Shown here: positions 54,764 through 62,877 of the stretch, one piece after another
Numbering within the stretch: the stretch's first letter is position 1
Layout of the letters: every line of letters starts with the position of its first letter
Origin: an uncultured Lachnospiraceae bacterium
GTDB lineage: Bacteria > Bacillota > Clostridia > Lachnospirales > Lachnospiraceae
Reading direction: 5' to 3'
DNA length: 64,000 nucleotides
Assembly (NCBI GenBank): GCA_902761225.1
Contig: CACWJQ010000014.1
Location: 12,698-76,697, forward strand
Notes under the pieces: generated by a model
The model's input: the letters and a program-made list of their open reading frames with translations, nothing else
Databases searched by the model: none
What the model was told of the DNA's origin: nothing
Program-made: the position numbers and the translations under genes

Positions 54764-55525
54764 TTACTGTTCTTCGCTCTTTTTCCTGGCGGCGTTTCTC
54801 AGCCTTACGAACTTCCTGAAGTTCCTCTTTTCCTGAATCCTTGAGATAAAGTAATTCGACGTCTTGAGCTGGCATGCTTCCTCAAAGCTTATGACATGGT
54901 ACAGATTGGTCCTGAGGAAATCGAATATGGTCTCTCTGCCGTCAAGATTCTCATTGTTGGTGTAGATACACATTGTCAGCACACCGCTCCTGCGTCTCTT
55001 CCAGAAAGGGGTGGCGGGAATGCACTTTACTCCCTCCAGCATATAAGGGTTCTTGCTGAGGCCGTCCGATATGTAGTTAAGTCCCAGCTTCTTGCATGCC
55101 CTTAATGTATTCCTGTCATAGGAATGATTGGGCGCTGCGAAGACCTCGGTGTCGCATCCGTTCTGGGCAAGAAAATGCTTGCCCTCTCTTAATTTCTTAA
55201 GCTGTGCATCATATGACATGCCGGCATATTCCGTGGGAACATCACCTGAGATTATCCCAAGGCTCTTACCGGTAGCAAGGTGATATGTTCCGTGCATCGC
55301 AATGCCCCAGCCTTCCGCCTTCAGTTCTCTGATAAGTGACCAGAAATCCCTGTCAACGGTGCTCTTTACAAGCTTGGGATCTCTGTTTTCGGGAATAACA
55401 CACAGCAGGGGCTTGATCCCCATCTCGTCGAAGAATTTCCTGAATATATCGAACTTCTGTCTGTCCATGGTGGGACAGATATCCTCAAGACGTACGACAA
55501 TGGGATGATTGTATTTTCTGCTCAT
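54764..55525 (-). CDS. DUF2334 / polysaccharide deacetylase-fold protein
   Basis: VRLEDICP, IAMHGTYH and FAAPNHSYD (NodB-like) motifs. Confidence 0.75.
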   Translation of the reverse strand: MSRKYNHPIVVRLEDICPTMDRQKFDIFRKFFDEMGIKPLLCVIPENRDPKLVKSTVDRDFWSLIRELKAEGWGIAMHGTYHLATGKSLGIISGDVPTEYAGMSYDAQLKKLREGKHFLAQNGCDTEVFAAPNHSYDRNTLRACKKLGLNYISDGLSKNPYMLEGVKCIPATPFWKRRRSGVLTMCIYTNNENLDGRETIFDFLRTNLYHVISFEEACQLKTSNYFISRIQEKRNFRKFVRLRNAARKKSEEQ

Positions 55526-55631
55526 AATATGCCCTTTCACTCATACGTGGACCGGCCGGTCCACAGCCAATAAGAAACAATTAACGCAGCATTCGGGTAA
55601 ACGAAAGATAAATTTACCCACAATTATATGT

Positions 55632-55660
55632 ATTATATGATTTTTTGGGGATTTAGGCAA
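55632..55660 (-). promoter_or_regulatory. Sigma-A promoter of the glycosylation operon
   Basis: TTGCCT, 17-bp spacer, TATAAT on the minus strand. Confidence 0.7.
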
Positions 55661-55766
55661 CTTTCAGAGCCATCCGAAGACACATTTTCCGCAAAGATCA
55701 TGGCCGGAAGCCAAAGCATATGAGAATAAAAAAACGGACCCTCATTCAAGGATCCGTATCTTCAAG

Positions 55767-55808
55767 AGCTGATGACCAGAATCGAACTGGTGACCTCCGC
55801 CTTACCAA
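55767..55808 (-). pseudogene. 3' half of tRNA-Thr(GGT): attachment-site (att) duplication
   Basis: Minus strand reads TTGGTAA GGCGG AGGTC ACCAG-TTCGATT-CTGGT CATCAGC T. The 5' anticodon strand, D arm and 5' acceptor strand are absent. Confidence 0.88.
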
Positions 55809-55925
55809 CGGGTAAAAATGCTTTGTCCATTTTTTCATAAATTGCCGCAAATTCAAGTTTTATGCAGTCTGCAGCAATTCATTGTTTTATCCCGTTTTTT
55901 GTTTTTTTATATGTTTTTACAATTT

Positions 55926-55947
55926 TGTTAGCCAAATGTTAGCCAAA
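55926..55947 (+). repeat. Tandem 11-bp direct repeat, candidate integrase arm-type sites
   Basis: TGTTAGCCAAA twice, about 120 bp inside the att core. Confidence 0.6.
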
Positions 55948-55978
55948 AACGAACTGCCGAACTCACATCTAAAAACTG

Positions 55979-56581
55979 TTAGGCATTGTAATCTTTATGC
56001 TGATACAAAACAGTCAGGTTATCCCCAAAAACCTTTGTCTTCTGCATCCAGTATAAAATATCTCCGCCATAAACCGCTTTGTCCTTCTTGAAAAAAGACA
56101 CCACGCAACAATACTCAGGGTTCTCTTCCCTATGTTTTAGGAAAATATATACCGTATCCGAATCTCCCTTAAATTGACTCTCTATAATATAGTCGGCATT
56201 GATCAGTGATGCCATATGTGGCTGGTTTCTTGTAGTAAATACTCTGATAATATTGTCAGTATCTATATATTCCTCCAGAAACCTTAGCGAGCTTATTCGA
56301 CTTTGAATGTCTTTATCCGGAACCGGATTCACATAAAATCTGCTATTCTCAAGTCTTGAATCGGTTATCCTTTTCTTATAAATGATATCATCCAATGTCT
56401 TCTTTCTGTTTCGCGGAATATCAATATCCTTTAAATACTGTAATCCTGTCAGATGATAAAAGTCTTCATCACGGAAATCTACTCTTAACTCCAATAGTTT
56501 TCTATTCCTCGACAGTATGAATTTGTACTCATATCTTGATAAAGCAACATATTTTGCAGCCGCTTCATATATTTTATCCAT
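55979..56581 (-). CDS. PBECR4-like (BECR-fold) putative ribonuclease
   Basis: 200 aa with the F-x-H-L-x-G-L-x-Y-L pattern (DFYHLTGLQYL), I-x-A-D-Y and VSFF, recalled from stand-alone PBECR4 proteins. RBS AAGGA. Confidence 0.6.
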   Translation of the reverse strand: MDKIYEAAAKYVALSRYEYKFILSRNRKLLELRVDFRDEDFYHLTGLQYLKDIDIPRNRKKTLDDIIYKKRITDSRLENSRFYVNPVPDKDIQSRISSLRFLEEYIDTDNIIRVFTTRNQPHMASLINADYIIESQFKGDSDTVYIFLKHREENPEYCCVVSFFKKDKAVYGGDILYWMQKTKVFGDNLTVLYQHKDYNA

Positions 56582-56598
56582 GCTATAATATCCTTATC

Positions 56599-56636
56599 AT
56601 GACAAAAAGCCCTACATTCCTGCAGGGCTTTGTCAT
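56599..56636 (-). terminator. Intrinsic terminator between the ncRNA and the nuclease gene
   Basis: ATGACAAA GCCCTGCA-GGAA-TGTAGGGC TTTTT GTCAT. Confidence 0.8.
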
Positions 56637-56789
56637 CACTCTAAGCAACTTTCTTTCGCCGAAGCTAAGATGGGCTATGGTAAGTTGCCACCTTTGTAAA
56701 CCTCCATGTTCACCGCTTCCCATCGCGGATTCCACTTCATCGGCATATAAAGCATTTTTACGAGTGTGCTTCTCGGGAAGTCACCTTCC
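56603..56789 (-). ncRNA. Candidate structured ncRNA upstream of the PBECR4-like gene
   Basis: Bounded by its own promoter and terminator; several hairpins with GNRA/UUCG loops and a loop-loop complementarity. Confidence 0.6.
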
Positions 56790-56824
56790 GATAATATTAT
56801 CGGAAAAGCACTGCAAAAAGTCAA
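56786..56824 (-). promoter_or_regulatory. Sigma-A promoter with an overlapping 20-bp palindrome
   Basis: TTGACT (56824-56819), 17 bp, GATAAT (56801-56796); palindrome TTCCGATAATATTATCGGAA at 56786-56805. Confidence 0.75.
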
Positions 56825-56865
56825 TAGTATTCAAATATGTTTTTTCATCCGAATCAGATTAGGAA

Positions 56866-58098
56866 CTAGCTGCAAAACAAAATATTCCTGAGAACATCCG
56901 CAGCGACTTTATCCATACTCTTTAAGGCATGCCCATATATATCGAGTGTAACACTGGGATTTGCATGTCCAAGCCGCTCTGCTATAGTTTCGATATTTAC
57001 ATTCCTGCCTATAAGCATTGTTGCATGAGTGTGACGCAGATCATGAAGCCTAATAATTGGAAGCTTTTCCTCAGGGTCAGAAACAGAAGAATTATACAGT
57101 TTTAAGAAATCAACAAATTTCTTCGACGGAGTATCAATATACATAATTGATCCAATCGAATCATCGGTTCTGATAAAGATATAATTCTTGTCGAATTCCT
57201 TACCACGATATCCCGTCCATTTTGAACCAACAGAAAGCGATAATTCCCTCTGCTGATTTTTCCATTCTCTTAACCTATCAAAGCATTCCGGAGGAAGAGT
57301 AATCCTCCTGATTGAAGCCTTTGTTTTAGGTTTTTTAATGATTATTCCACCCGACCTGGTCTTTGATGCAGCTTTATTTATATCTATCTCATATTTTTCA
57401 AAATCTATATCCTTCCAGGTAAGCGCAATCATCTCACCCCGTCTGAAGCCGGAATTCAGGGCTATCATATAAAAAACTTGAAACTGATAAGGCAAGGTTA
57501 TCGGATACTCATAGTCGGGTACTGTATATTTCTCTCCGGTTTTTCTCAGGACCCTCGTATGACCTTTTCGCACAACCATATATGTACGTGGTGTAGGATA
57601 GAAACCATTGTCGATACCAGCTGCCCAACCATAATTGCTATTACCACCATCAGAACCCAGTTCAGGATCCATACCTGAATATTTGGTGAAAGTGAAGACC
57701 GAAGACATTCCGTCTTCTTCCATCTCATTATAAATAGCCTGAAGATGTACTGGGGATATTTTTCCAATAACAAGGTTTCCAATAACAGGCACAGCCCTCC
57801 GTTCAAGATTATACTCGTAATCTTCACGGGCACGGATTGTCAGATCTTTATATGTTTGGTCACATTTCCAATACTGTATCACATCGCAAAACGTCAGCCT
57901 ATCTCCCTCAATGTATTTTCCTTCTTTTATCTTATTCTCAAATTCAACAGCAAAGGCCTGCACCTCCTTTTCAGCCTTTGACGGAGCTGATGAAGTCGGC
58001 TTAAATGTTGTCGTTTTAATAATCTGTTTTCCTTTTTGATCTCTTCCGAGAGAAATAGTTATCTGATAGTTATTTCCTCGTTTTTTTATGCTCGCCAT
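56866..58098 (-). CDS. Tyrosine recombinase/integrase; core-binding region interrupted by a foreign-looking segment
   Basis: MASIKKRG arm-binding N-terminus; catalytic GFRRGE, KPKT, HDLRH, LGH and IYGH. Confidence 0.93.
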   Translation of the reverse strand: MASIKKRGNNYQITISLGRDQKGKQIIKTTTFKPTSSAPSKAEKEVQAFAVEFENKIKEGKYIEGDRLTFCDVIQYWKCDQTYKDLTIRAREDYEYNLERRAVPVIGNLVIGKISPVHLQAIYNEMEEDGMSSVFTFTKYSGMDPELGSDGGNSNYGWAAGIDNGFYPTPRTYMVVRKGHTRVLRKTGEKYTVPDYEYPITLPYQFQVFYMIALNSGFRRGEMIALTWKDIDFEKYEIDINKAASKTRSGGIIIKKPKTKASIRRITLPPECFDRLREWKNQQRELSLSVGSKWTGYRGKEFDKNYIFIRTDDSIGSIMYIDTPSKKFVDFLKLYNSSVSDPEEKLPIIRLHDLRHTHATMLIGRNVNIETIAERLGHANPSVTLDIYGHALKSMDKVAADVLRNILFCS

Positions 58099-58115
58099 CT
58101 TTTATCCTCAAAAAA

Positions 58116-58943
58116 TCAGATCAGTTTTGGTATAGTATCACTATCATCACATGAGGTCCGTATTACCTTCTCATCTAATACAGTCATCTGGGCAGGATCA
58201 ACCAAGATTATAGATACAAACAAATTAAGTATCGGAAATGATTTATCTGACAATTTCCTGAATTTCTGCTCATCAGTAGTTACAAATGATATTTTATCCC
58301 CCGCATTTTCCATTGCTCGAAACACAATATGGGAACATTCCTCTATCGAAGCAGGTTCTTGATAATGCATTACCGCAAATGGCTTCTCAACCATATATAT
58401 GAATGCCCAACGCTGAATGGGTTGCTCATATATGGATACCAGAAAATCCAGTTCAGAGGTATTGGGAGTCGAATTTTTATCCTCTCCTCTCCATTTATAT
58501 CCATGCATTGCAAGAGCATTTGTAATCGTCCCGGTAATACGATTTATATTCTGTTCTACCAGCATGGATTTTCTATCATAAATATCCGTCACTGAGTCAT
58601 AATATCGCACCATACGTCCGTCATAAGATCGAGTTAGTTTTTCTTCTTCACTTAATCTTCGTATTAATTTTTCATTCCATATAAAGTTTTCCGGATTATA
58701 TCCGGATGCTAAAAGCAGCTCTTCAATAGTGACTCCATTAGCTGATACCAATGAAATCTTGAGTAAAGTAGATGGAGTAAGCGGATGATCCATCTTCCCG
58801 CTTAAATAGCAATTCAAATAACTTTTGTTCATTCCTATTTCTTTTGCAAATTCGTTCTGTTGACGATCACCCTTAGCCTTCGATAGAACCATTGAAAATT
58901 CGCGACCATCAAATCCATAATCCGTTTCAACTTTTCTACTCAT
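58116..58943 (-). CDS. XRE-family HTH repressor
   Basis: N-terminal HTH (QQNEFAKEIGMNKSYLNCYLSG); divergent from xis. Confidence 0.75.
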   Translation of the reverse strand: MSRKVETDYGFDGREFSMVLSKAKGDRQQNEFAKEIGMNKSYLNCYLSGKMDHPLTPSTLLKISLVSANGVTIEELLLASGYNPENFIWNEKLIRRLSEEEKLTRSYDGRMVRYYDSVTDIYDRKSMLVEQNINRITGTITNALAMHGYKWRGEDKNSTPNTSELDFLVSIYEQPIQRWAFIYMVEKPFAVMHYQEPASIEECSHIVFRAMENAGDKISFVTTDEQKFRKLSDKSFPILNLFVSIILVDPAQMTVLDEKVIRTSCDDSDTIPKLI

Positions 58944-59057
58944 AATGATCTCCTTATTTGAAATCGATATTTGGATTATAACACGTTAATTCAAATAATG
59001 AAACATAAAATTACGCAAAAATAGATAAAAACCTCTTTTGAAAGTTTTATTTATATG

Positions 59058-59086
59058 TTGACAGTTTTATTTATAGATAATAAAAT
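59058..59086 (+). promoter_or_regulatory. Promoter of the xis-AAA operon
   Basis: TTGACA-17-TAAAAT, overlapped by AGTTTTATTTATA direct repeats. Confidence 0.8.
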
Positions 59087-59144
59087 AAATCTGAACCAAA
59101 TAAATGAAACATATGTTCATTCAAAGAAAGAGAGGTAAAAAAAT

Positions 59145-59342
59145 ATGATTACAGACACCATCCCCGAAATGCTTACCATTAAGGAGACAGCTGAACGTTC
59201 AGGGTTATCCTACGACTCCATTCGCAAAAGGTGCCTAAGAGGAGAAATCGTCTGCATACGTAATGGCAGGAAATTCTTCGTGAATTGGGAAAAATTCGTC
59301 GAATATCTGAACACCGGCATCACAGTAACCGATAATATCTAA
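59145..59342 (+). CDS. Excisionase-like HTH protein
   Basis: MLTIKETAERSGLSYDSIRKRCLRGEI...GRKFFVN (HTH_17/MerR-like). Confidence 0.85.
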   Translation: MITDTIPEMLTIKETAERSGLSYDSIRKRCLRGEIVCIRNGRKFFVNWEKFVEYLNTGITVTDNI

Positions 59343-59360
59343 ACAAATGAAAGGAAAGAT

Positions 59361-60515
59361 ATGAACGATACAAAAGAAAAAGCTGTTCTTGATTCAGCTG
59401 CGGCAACAGCTGAAGAACAGCTTCTTTCGTCTAACGACAATAGTATTATAACAAAATCTCATTATGGAGACAACATAAACCAAGTTGTCTCTTCTTCATG
59501 TCAGTCAGCCCTGGAAACATTTACTGTGTCCGAGTTACTAGATATGTCTTTCAAACCTAAAATCCCGGTTGTAGATGGAATAATCAACCCGGGAACTTAT
59601 ATTTTTGCCGGCGCTCCCAAAGTAGGAAAATCTTTTCTCATGCTTCAGTTTGCATATCATATCGCAAAGGGAATACCACTTTGGAATTATCCTGTACGTC
59701 AAGGATCCGTACTATACCTTGCATTGGAAGACGATTACTCCAGACTTCAGCAAAGAGTTGCCAGAATGTTTGGAGAGGAAGGAAATGAAAACCTACATTT
59801 GGCTACAAAATCCAAAACCATCAAAGATGGCCTGATAGAAGAAATGACAAATTTTGCGCAGAAATACCTTGATGCCAGATTAATAATTATCGATACCCTT
59901 AAGCGTGTCAGAGAATATGATGATGCTCCCATTAGTTATGCCTCAGACTATGACATCATGAAACCTCTAAAGGATTTTAGTGATCAGACTGGTATATCGA
60001 TAATAATAGTTCACCACACCAGAAAAATGGCCGCTGATGACATTTGTGAAACCATTTCCGGAACAAATGGGCTGTTCGGAGCTGTAGATGGAGCACTAAT
60101 ACTTCACAAGAGCAAACGCACTGACACTGAAGCTATTCTTAATGTTATCGGAAGAGACCAGCAGGAACTTGAATTGACTCTTGAAATGGAATCCGAAACA
60201 TGCATATGGAACAAAGTTAAATCCGAAACTGAATTGTTTCCTGTAAAGCCTGATCCGATTCTTGTTGAAATCTCGCAATTCATTACTATTGAGAATCCAT
60301 GCTGGGAAGGCACAGCATCAGAACTTATTGAAGCCGTACCTAATATCCAATACTTAATAAAACCAAATACACTTGTCAGAAAACTTAACATCCATCGTTC
60401 TGGCCTATACAAGGATTTCGGAATTCTCTACGAACCTTTGCAAAGGTCCAGCGAAAGAAAGATTTTCAGATTATCTCTTACATTCGATGATTCCTCGAAT
60501 CCATCATATGACTAA
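59361..60515 (+). CDS. AAA_25 / RepA-helicase-like ATPase
   Basis: Walker A GAPKVGKS, VLYLALED, Walker B IIIDT and IVHHTRK motifs. Confidence 0.85.
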   Translation: MNDTKEKAVLDSAAATAEEQLLSSNDNSIITKSHYGDNINQVVSSSCQSALETFTVSELLDMSFKPKIPVVDGIINPGTYIFAGAPKVGKSFLMLQFAYHIAKGIPLWNYPVRQGSVLYLALEDDYSRLQQRVARMFGEEGNENLHLATKSKTIKDGLIEEMTNFAQKYLDARLIIIDTLKRVREYDDAPISYASDYDIMKPLKDFSDQTGISIIIVHHTRKMAADDICETISGTNGLFGAVDGALILHKSKRTDTEAILNVIGRDQQELELTLEMESETCIWNKVKSETELFPVKPDPILVEISQFITIENPCWEGTASELIEAVPNIQYLIKPNTLVRKLNIHRSGLYKDFGILYEPLQRSSERKIFRLSLTFDDSSNPSYD

Positions 60516-60650
60516 TATGTCGATTATGACGATTGTTAAGGTTACGTCATTAAATACTGATATATCGTCATACGTGCGGTATAAAAGTAATCGTCATCAT
60601 CGTCATTACAGTCACTGTGCATTTCAGAATAATCAAAAAAGCAGGAGGAT

Positions 60651-61016
60651 ATGTTAGTGTATCGACATAATAAGATTACTAAAGAAGATATTGCAAATAA
60701 AATCCGCCTCAATAATCTTCTTACAGACGAGAATATCAGTGAAACCGATCGAATAATCATAAGAGCATTCATAAATATTATTTTCGACATGCTTAACTGC
60801 AAGGAAGAATTAATACATTTCGAATTATTTCACTGTTATGTACGAGCTGAAGGAGTAAAAGAAAATTTTTCTTTAATCGGGTATAAAGAGATCCTATATT
60901 CCCTGGATGAAGTTCACAAGAACTGGTCTTCTATCACAAATGAGACTTTCTTCGAATATGCAAAGAAATATCTTTATGACTCAGTTGGTTACTTTATCCG
61001 AAGAAGATATCGATAA
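60651..61016 (+). CDS. Hypothetical protein
   Basis: RBS AGGAGG, 121 aa; 14 bp upstream of the relaxase gene. Confidence 0.65.
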   Translation: MLVYRHNKITKEDIANKIRLNNLLTDENISETDRIIIRAFINIIFDMLNCKEELIHFELFHCYVRAEGVKENFSLIGYKEILYSLDEVHKNWSSITNETFFEYAKKYLYDSVGYFIRRRYR

Positions 61017-61030
61017 TAGCGGAGTATGAA

Positions 61031-62587
61031 ATGGCAAAAAAACGCGTAACAAACCATACCGGCAGAGTTTCGAAAAAGACCGGTAAGCCCTATAGTCCCA
61101 AACATAATGACAGGGATTTTGATACAGAAAATGCAAAAAACATCATTGAAGAACGTACATCTGAGAACATAAATTGGAGATGGACAGATGAACTGACACA
61201 GGTTCAAAAGGATCATATTTCTCTGGCAGTAGGTAAATGTGTTTCCGAAATGAAAAATGAAGATGTAGAGCAACTCTTCTATGAATTAAACTATTCGGAG
61301 TGGCTCGCAGATCAGAACGAAAAACACATCAAATCCCGTCACACAGAACGTATTAAAACCATGGAACAGATCAGGACAAACAAAAACTATTGTCCTGAAG
61401 AAGATGATCTTCAGATCGGTAAATTATCAGATGAGAGAACAGATCCTGAAATACATGATAAATGCATCGAAGAATATATACGGTTTCTTAATGAAGAATA
61501 CGGATCTCATCTTCACATACTTGACTGGAATACGCATAAGGATGAAGCCGGAGTAACACACACGCAGGTCAGATGGGTATGGGATTATACAGATGAAAAC
61601 GGGTTACTGCGTATCGGTCAAGACAAAGCCCTTGAAGCTCTCGGATTTGATCTTCCGATTCCCGAAGGTACAATATTAAAAGATCAAGACGGAAATATTC
61701 TTTATGAAAGGGACAAAAAAGGTAATATAAAGATCGACAAGGAAACAGGAACTCCTATACCACAAACTGCAAAGCGAAGCCGGTTCAACAACCGCAAAAT
61801 GCCCTTCTCTGCAAGAAACAGAGAAAAATGGCTCGATATATGCGAAGCCCACGGTATTGATGTTGAAAGGGAAGCTGACAAAGAGGCAAAATATGGCCGC
61901 GATCTTGAAGAAGTCATTAATGAAAACAAAACCATCGAAAAAAAGAATGAATCTCTAAAAAAAGAAGAATATTCTCTGGAAGAAAAAATACAAAATCTCG
62001 AGGTAAAAGAAACATTTCTAAATACAAACATATCATCACTTGAAATTCAGAAAAAAGATCTCGAAGATGATGTAAAAAGGCTGTGGGAAATCGTCGATAT
62101 AATTGACAAACAGACTGATAAAAAGAGTAATGACAAAACTACGCCAGAACTACTTACGGAAGAAAAAATCAAAGCTATAAAAATAGAGGAACCTATAGTA
62201 GGACACAGATCTCAAATTCTGATACAAAAAGAGGATTTCAAAAACTTAAAACACACTGCCCTCCAAGTTCAAAAACTAAAAAGATCGATCATCAAACCGC
62301 TTCAAGATATTATAGATTCTCTCAAGAAAAAGATCAGTGATCTTATTGAAAAATTAAAAATAAAAGATAACACTATCGATAAGCAGAAAAAGGAAATTTC
62401 CACGCTTAACCAACAGATTAATATTTTAAAAGAACACAGCGCAAATGACAGTTCAAGGGCAACAAATTATCAGAGATATACCGACTACTGCAGAGGTATA
62501 TGCCGTGAAGCAGGCATAAAAATTTTGACTCCGAATGAATTCATATATGGTCATAAAAAAGATAGAGATCAGAGTCACGGCAGGTGA
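61031..62587 (+). CDS. MOB_V/Pre-like relaxase with C-terminal coiled coil
   Basis: HNDR motif I; HKDEAGVTHTQ resembles HxDExxPHxH; long heptad-rich C-terminus. Confidence 0.75.
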   Translation: MAKKRVTNHTGRVSKKTGKPYSPKHNDRDFDTENAKNIIEERTSENINWRWTDELTQVQKDHISLAVGKCVSEMKNEDVEQLFYELNYSEWLADQNEKHIKSRHTERIKTMEQIRTNKNYCPEEDDLQIGKLSDERTDPEIHDKCIEEYIRFLNEEYGSHLHILDWNTHKDEAGVTHTQVRWVWDYTDENGLLRIGQDKALEALGFDLPIPEGTILKDQDGNILYERDKKGNIKIDKETGTPIPQTAKRSRFNNRKMPFSARNREKWLDICEAHGIDVEREADKEAKYGRDLEEVINENKTIEKKNESLKKEEYSLEEKIQNLEVKETFLNTNISSLEIQKKDLEDDVKRLWEIVDIIDKQTDKKSNDKTTPELLTEEKIKAIKIEEPIVGHRSQILIQKEDFKNLKHTALQVQKLKRSIIKPLQDIIDSLKKKISDLIEKLKIKDNTIDKQKKEISTLNQQINILKEHSANDSSRATNYQRYTDYCRGICREAGIKILTPNEFIYGHKKDRDQSHGR

Positions 62588-62628
62588 CCACTCCAACAAA
62601 ATACCTTGGCGGTCTGTGTCATGTAGTA

Positions 62629-62669
62629 CCCCGTACTCCTTGTCGCAAGCGACAAGGGTACAACCGGGG
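62629..62669. other. Candidate oriT hairpin
   Basis: CCCCG-TACT-CCTTGTCGC-AA-GCGACAAGG-GTACAA-CCGGGG nested inverted repeat next to the relaxase gene. Confidence 0.4.
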
Positions 62670-62877
62670 CTCTCCGAGGGGTCTCTTAGGGCTTGCAGCC
62701 CTGCCGACAGCAGCCCGCTCCCAGTGAAAAGAACACAAAAATCCCTCAACGGGATTTTAATGTTTTTTCACCGGCGCAGAAGAATAGTCTTCTGCGAAAA
62801 CCATCCTCGGGAAGCATCTTCCCGACATCATGCATTCCCTCTCAAAAAATAACATAGATTCCTTACTGAAATCTATG

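Noticed and set aside
54735-54875. N-terminal extension of the aminotransferase ORF
   Set aside because: It overlaps the upstream gene, and a GGAGG RBS supports the start at 54734. Similar over-extended starts were trimmed for rpsO, truB, nrnA, map, nrdG and others.
55767-55808. Functional tRNA-Thr
   Set aside because: The D arm and 5' strands are missing (ACCCG where CCGCC is needed), so it is an att remnant.
56676-56756. 26-codon minus-strand mini-ORF (MLYMPMKW...) within the candidate ncRNA
   Set aside because: There is no Shine-Dalgarno ahead of it and the region is better explained by RNA structure. It cannot be fully excluded without ribosome profiling.
56536-56862. 108-aa plus-strand ORF as a protein antitoxin
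   Set aside because: It has no RBS or recognisable fold, overlaps the nuclease start, and is antisense to a well-formed promoter/terminator unit.
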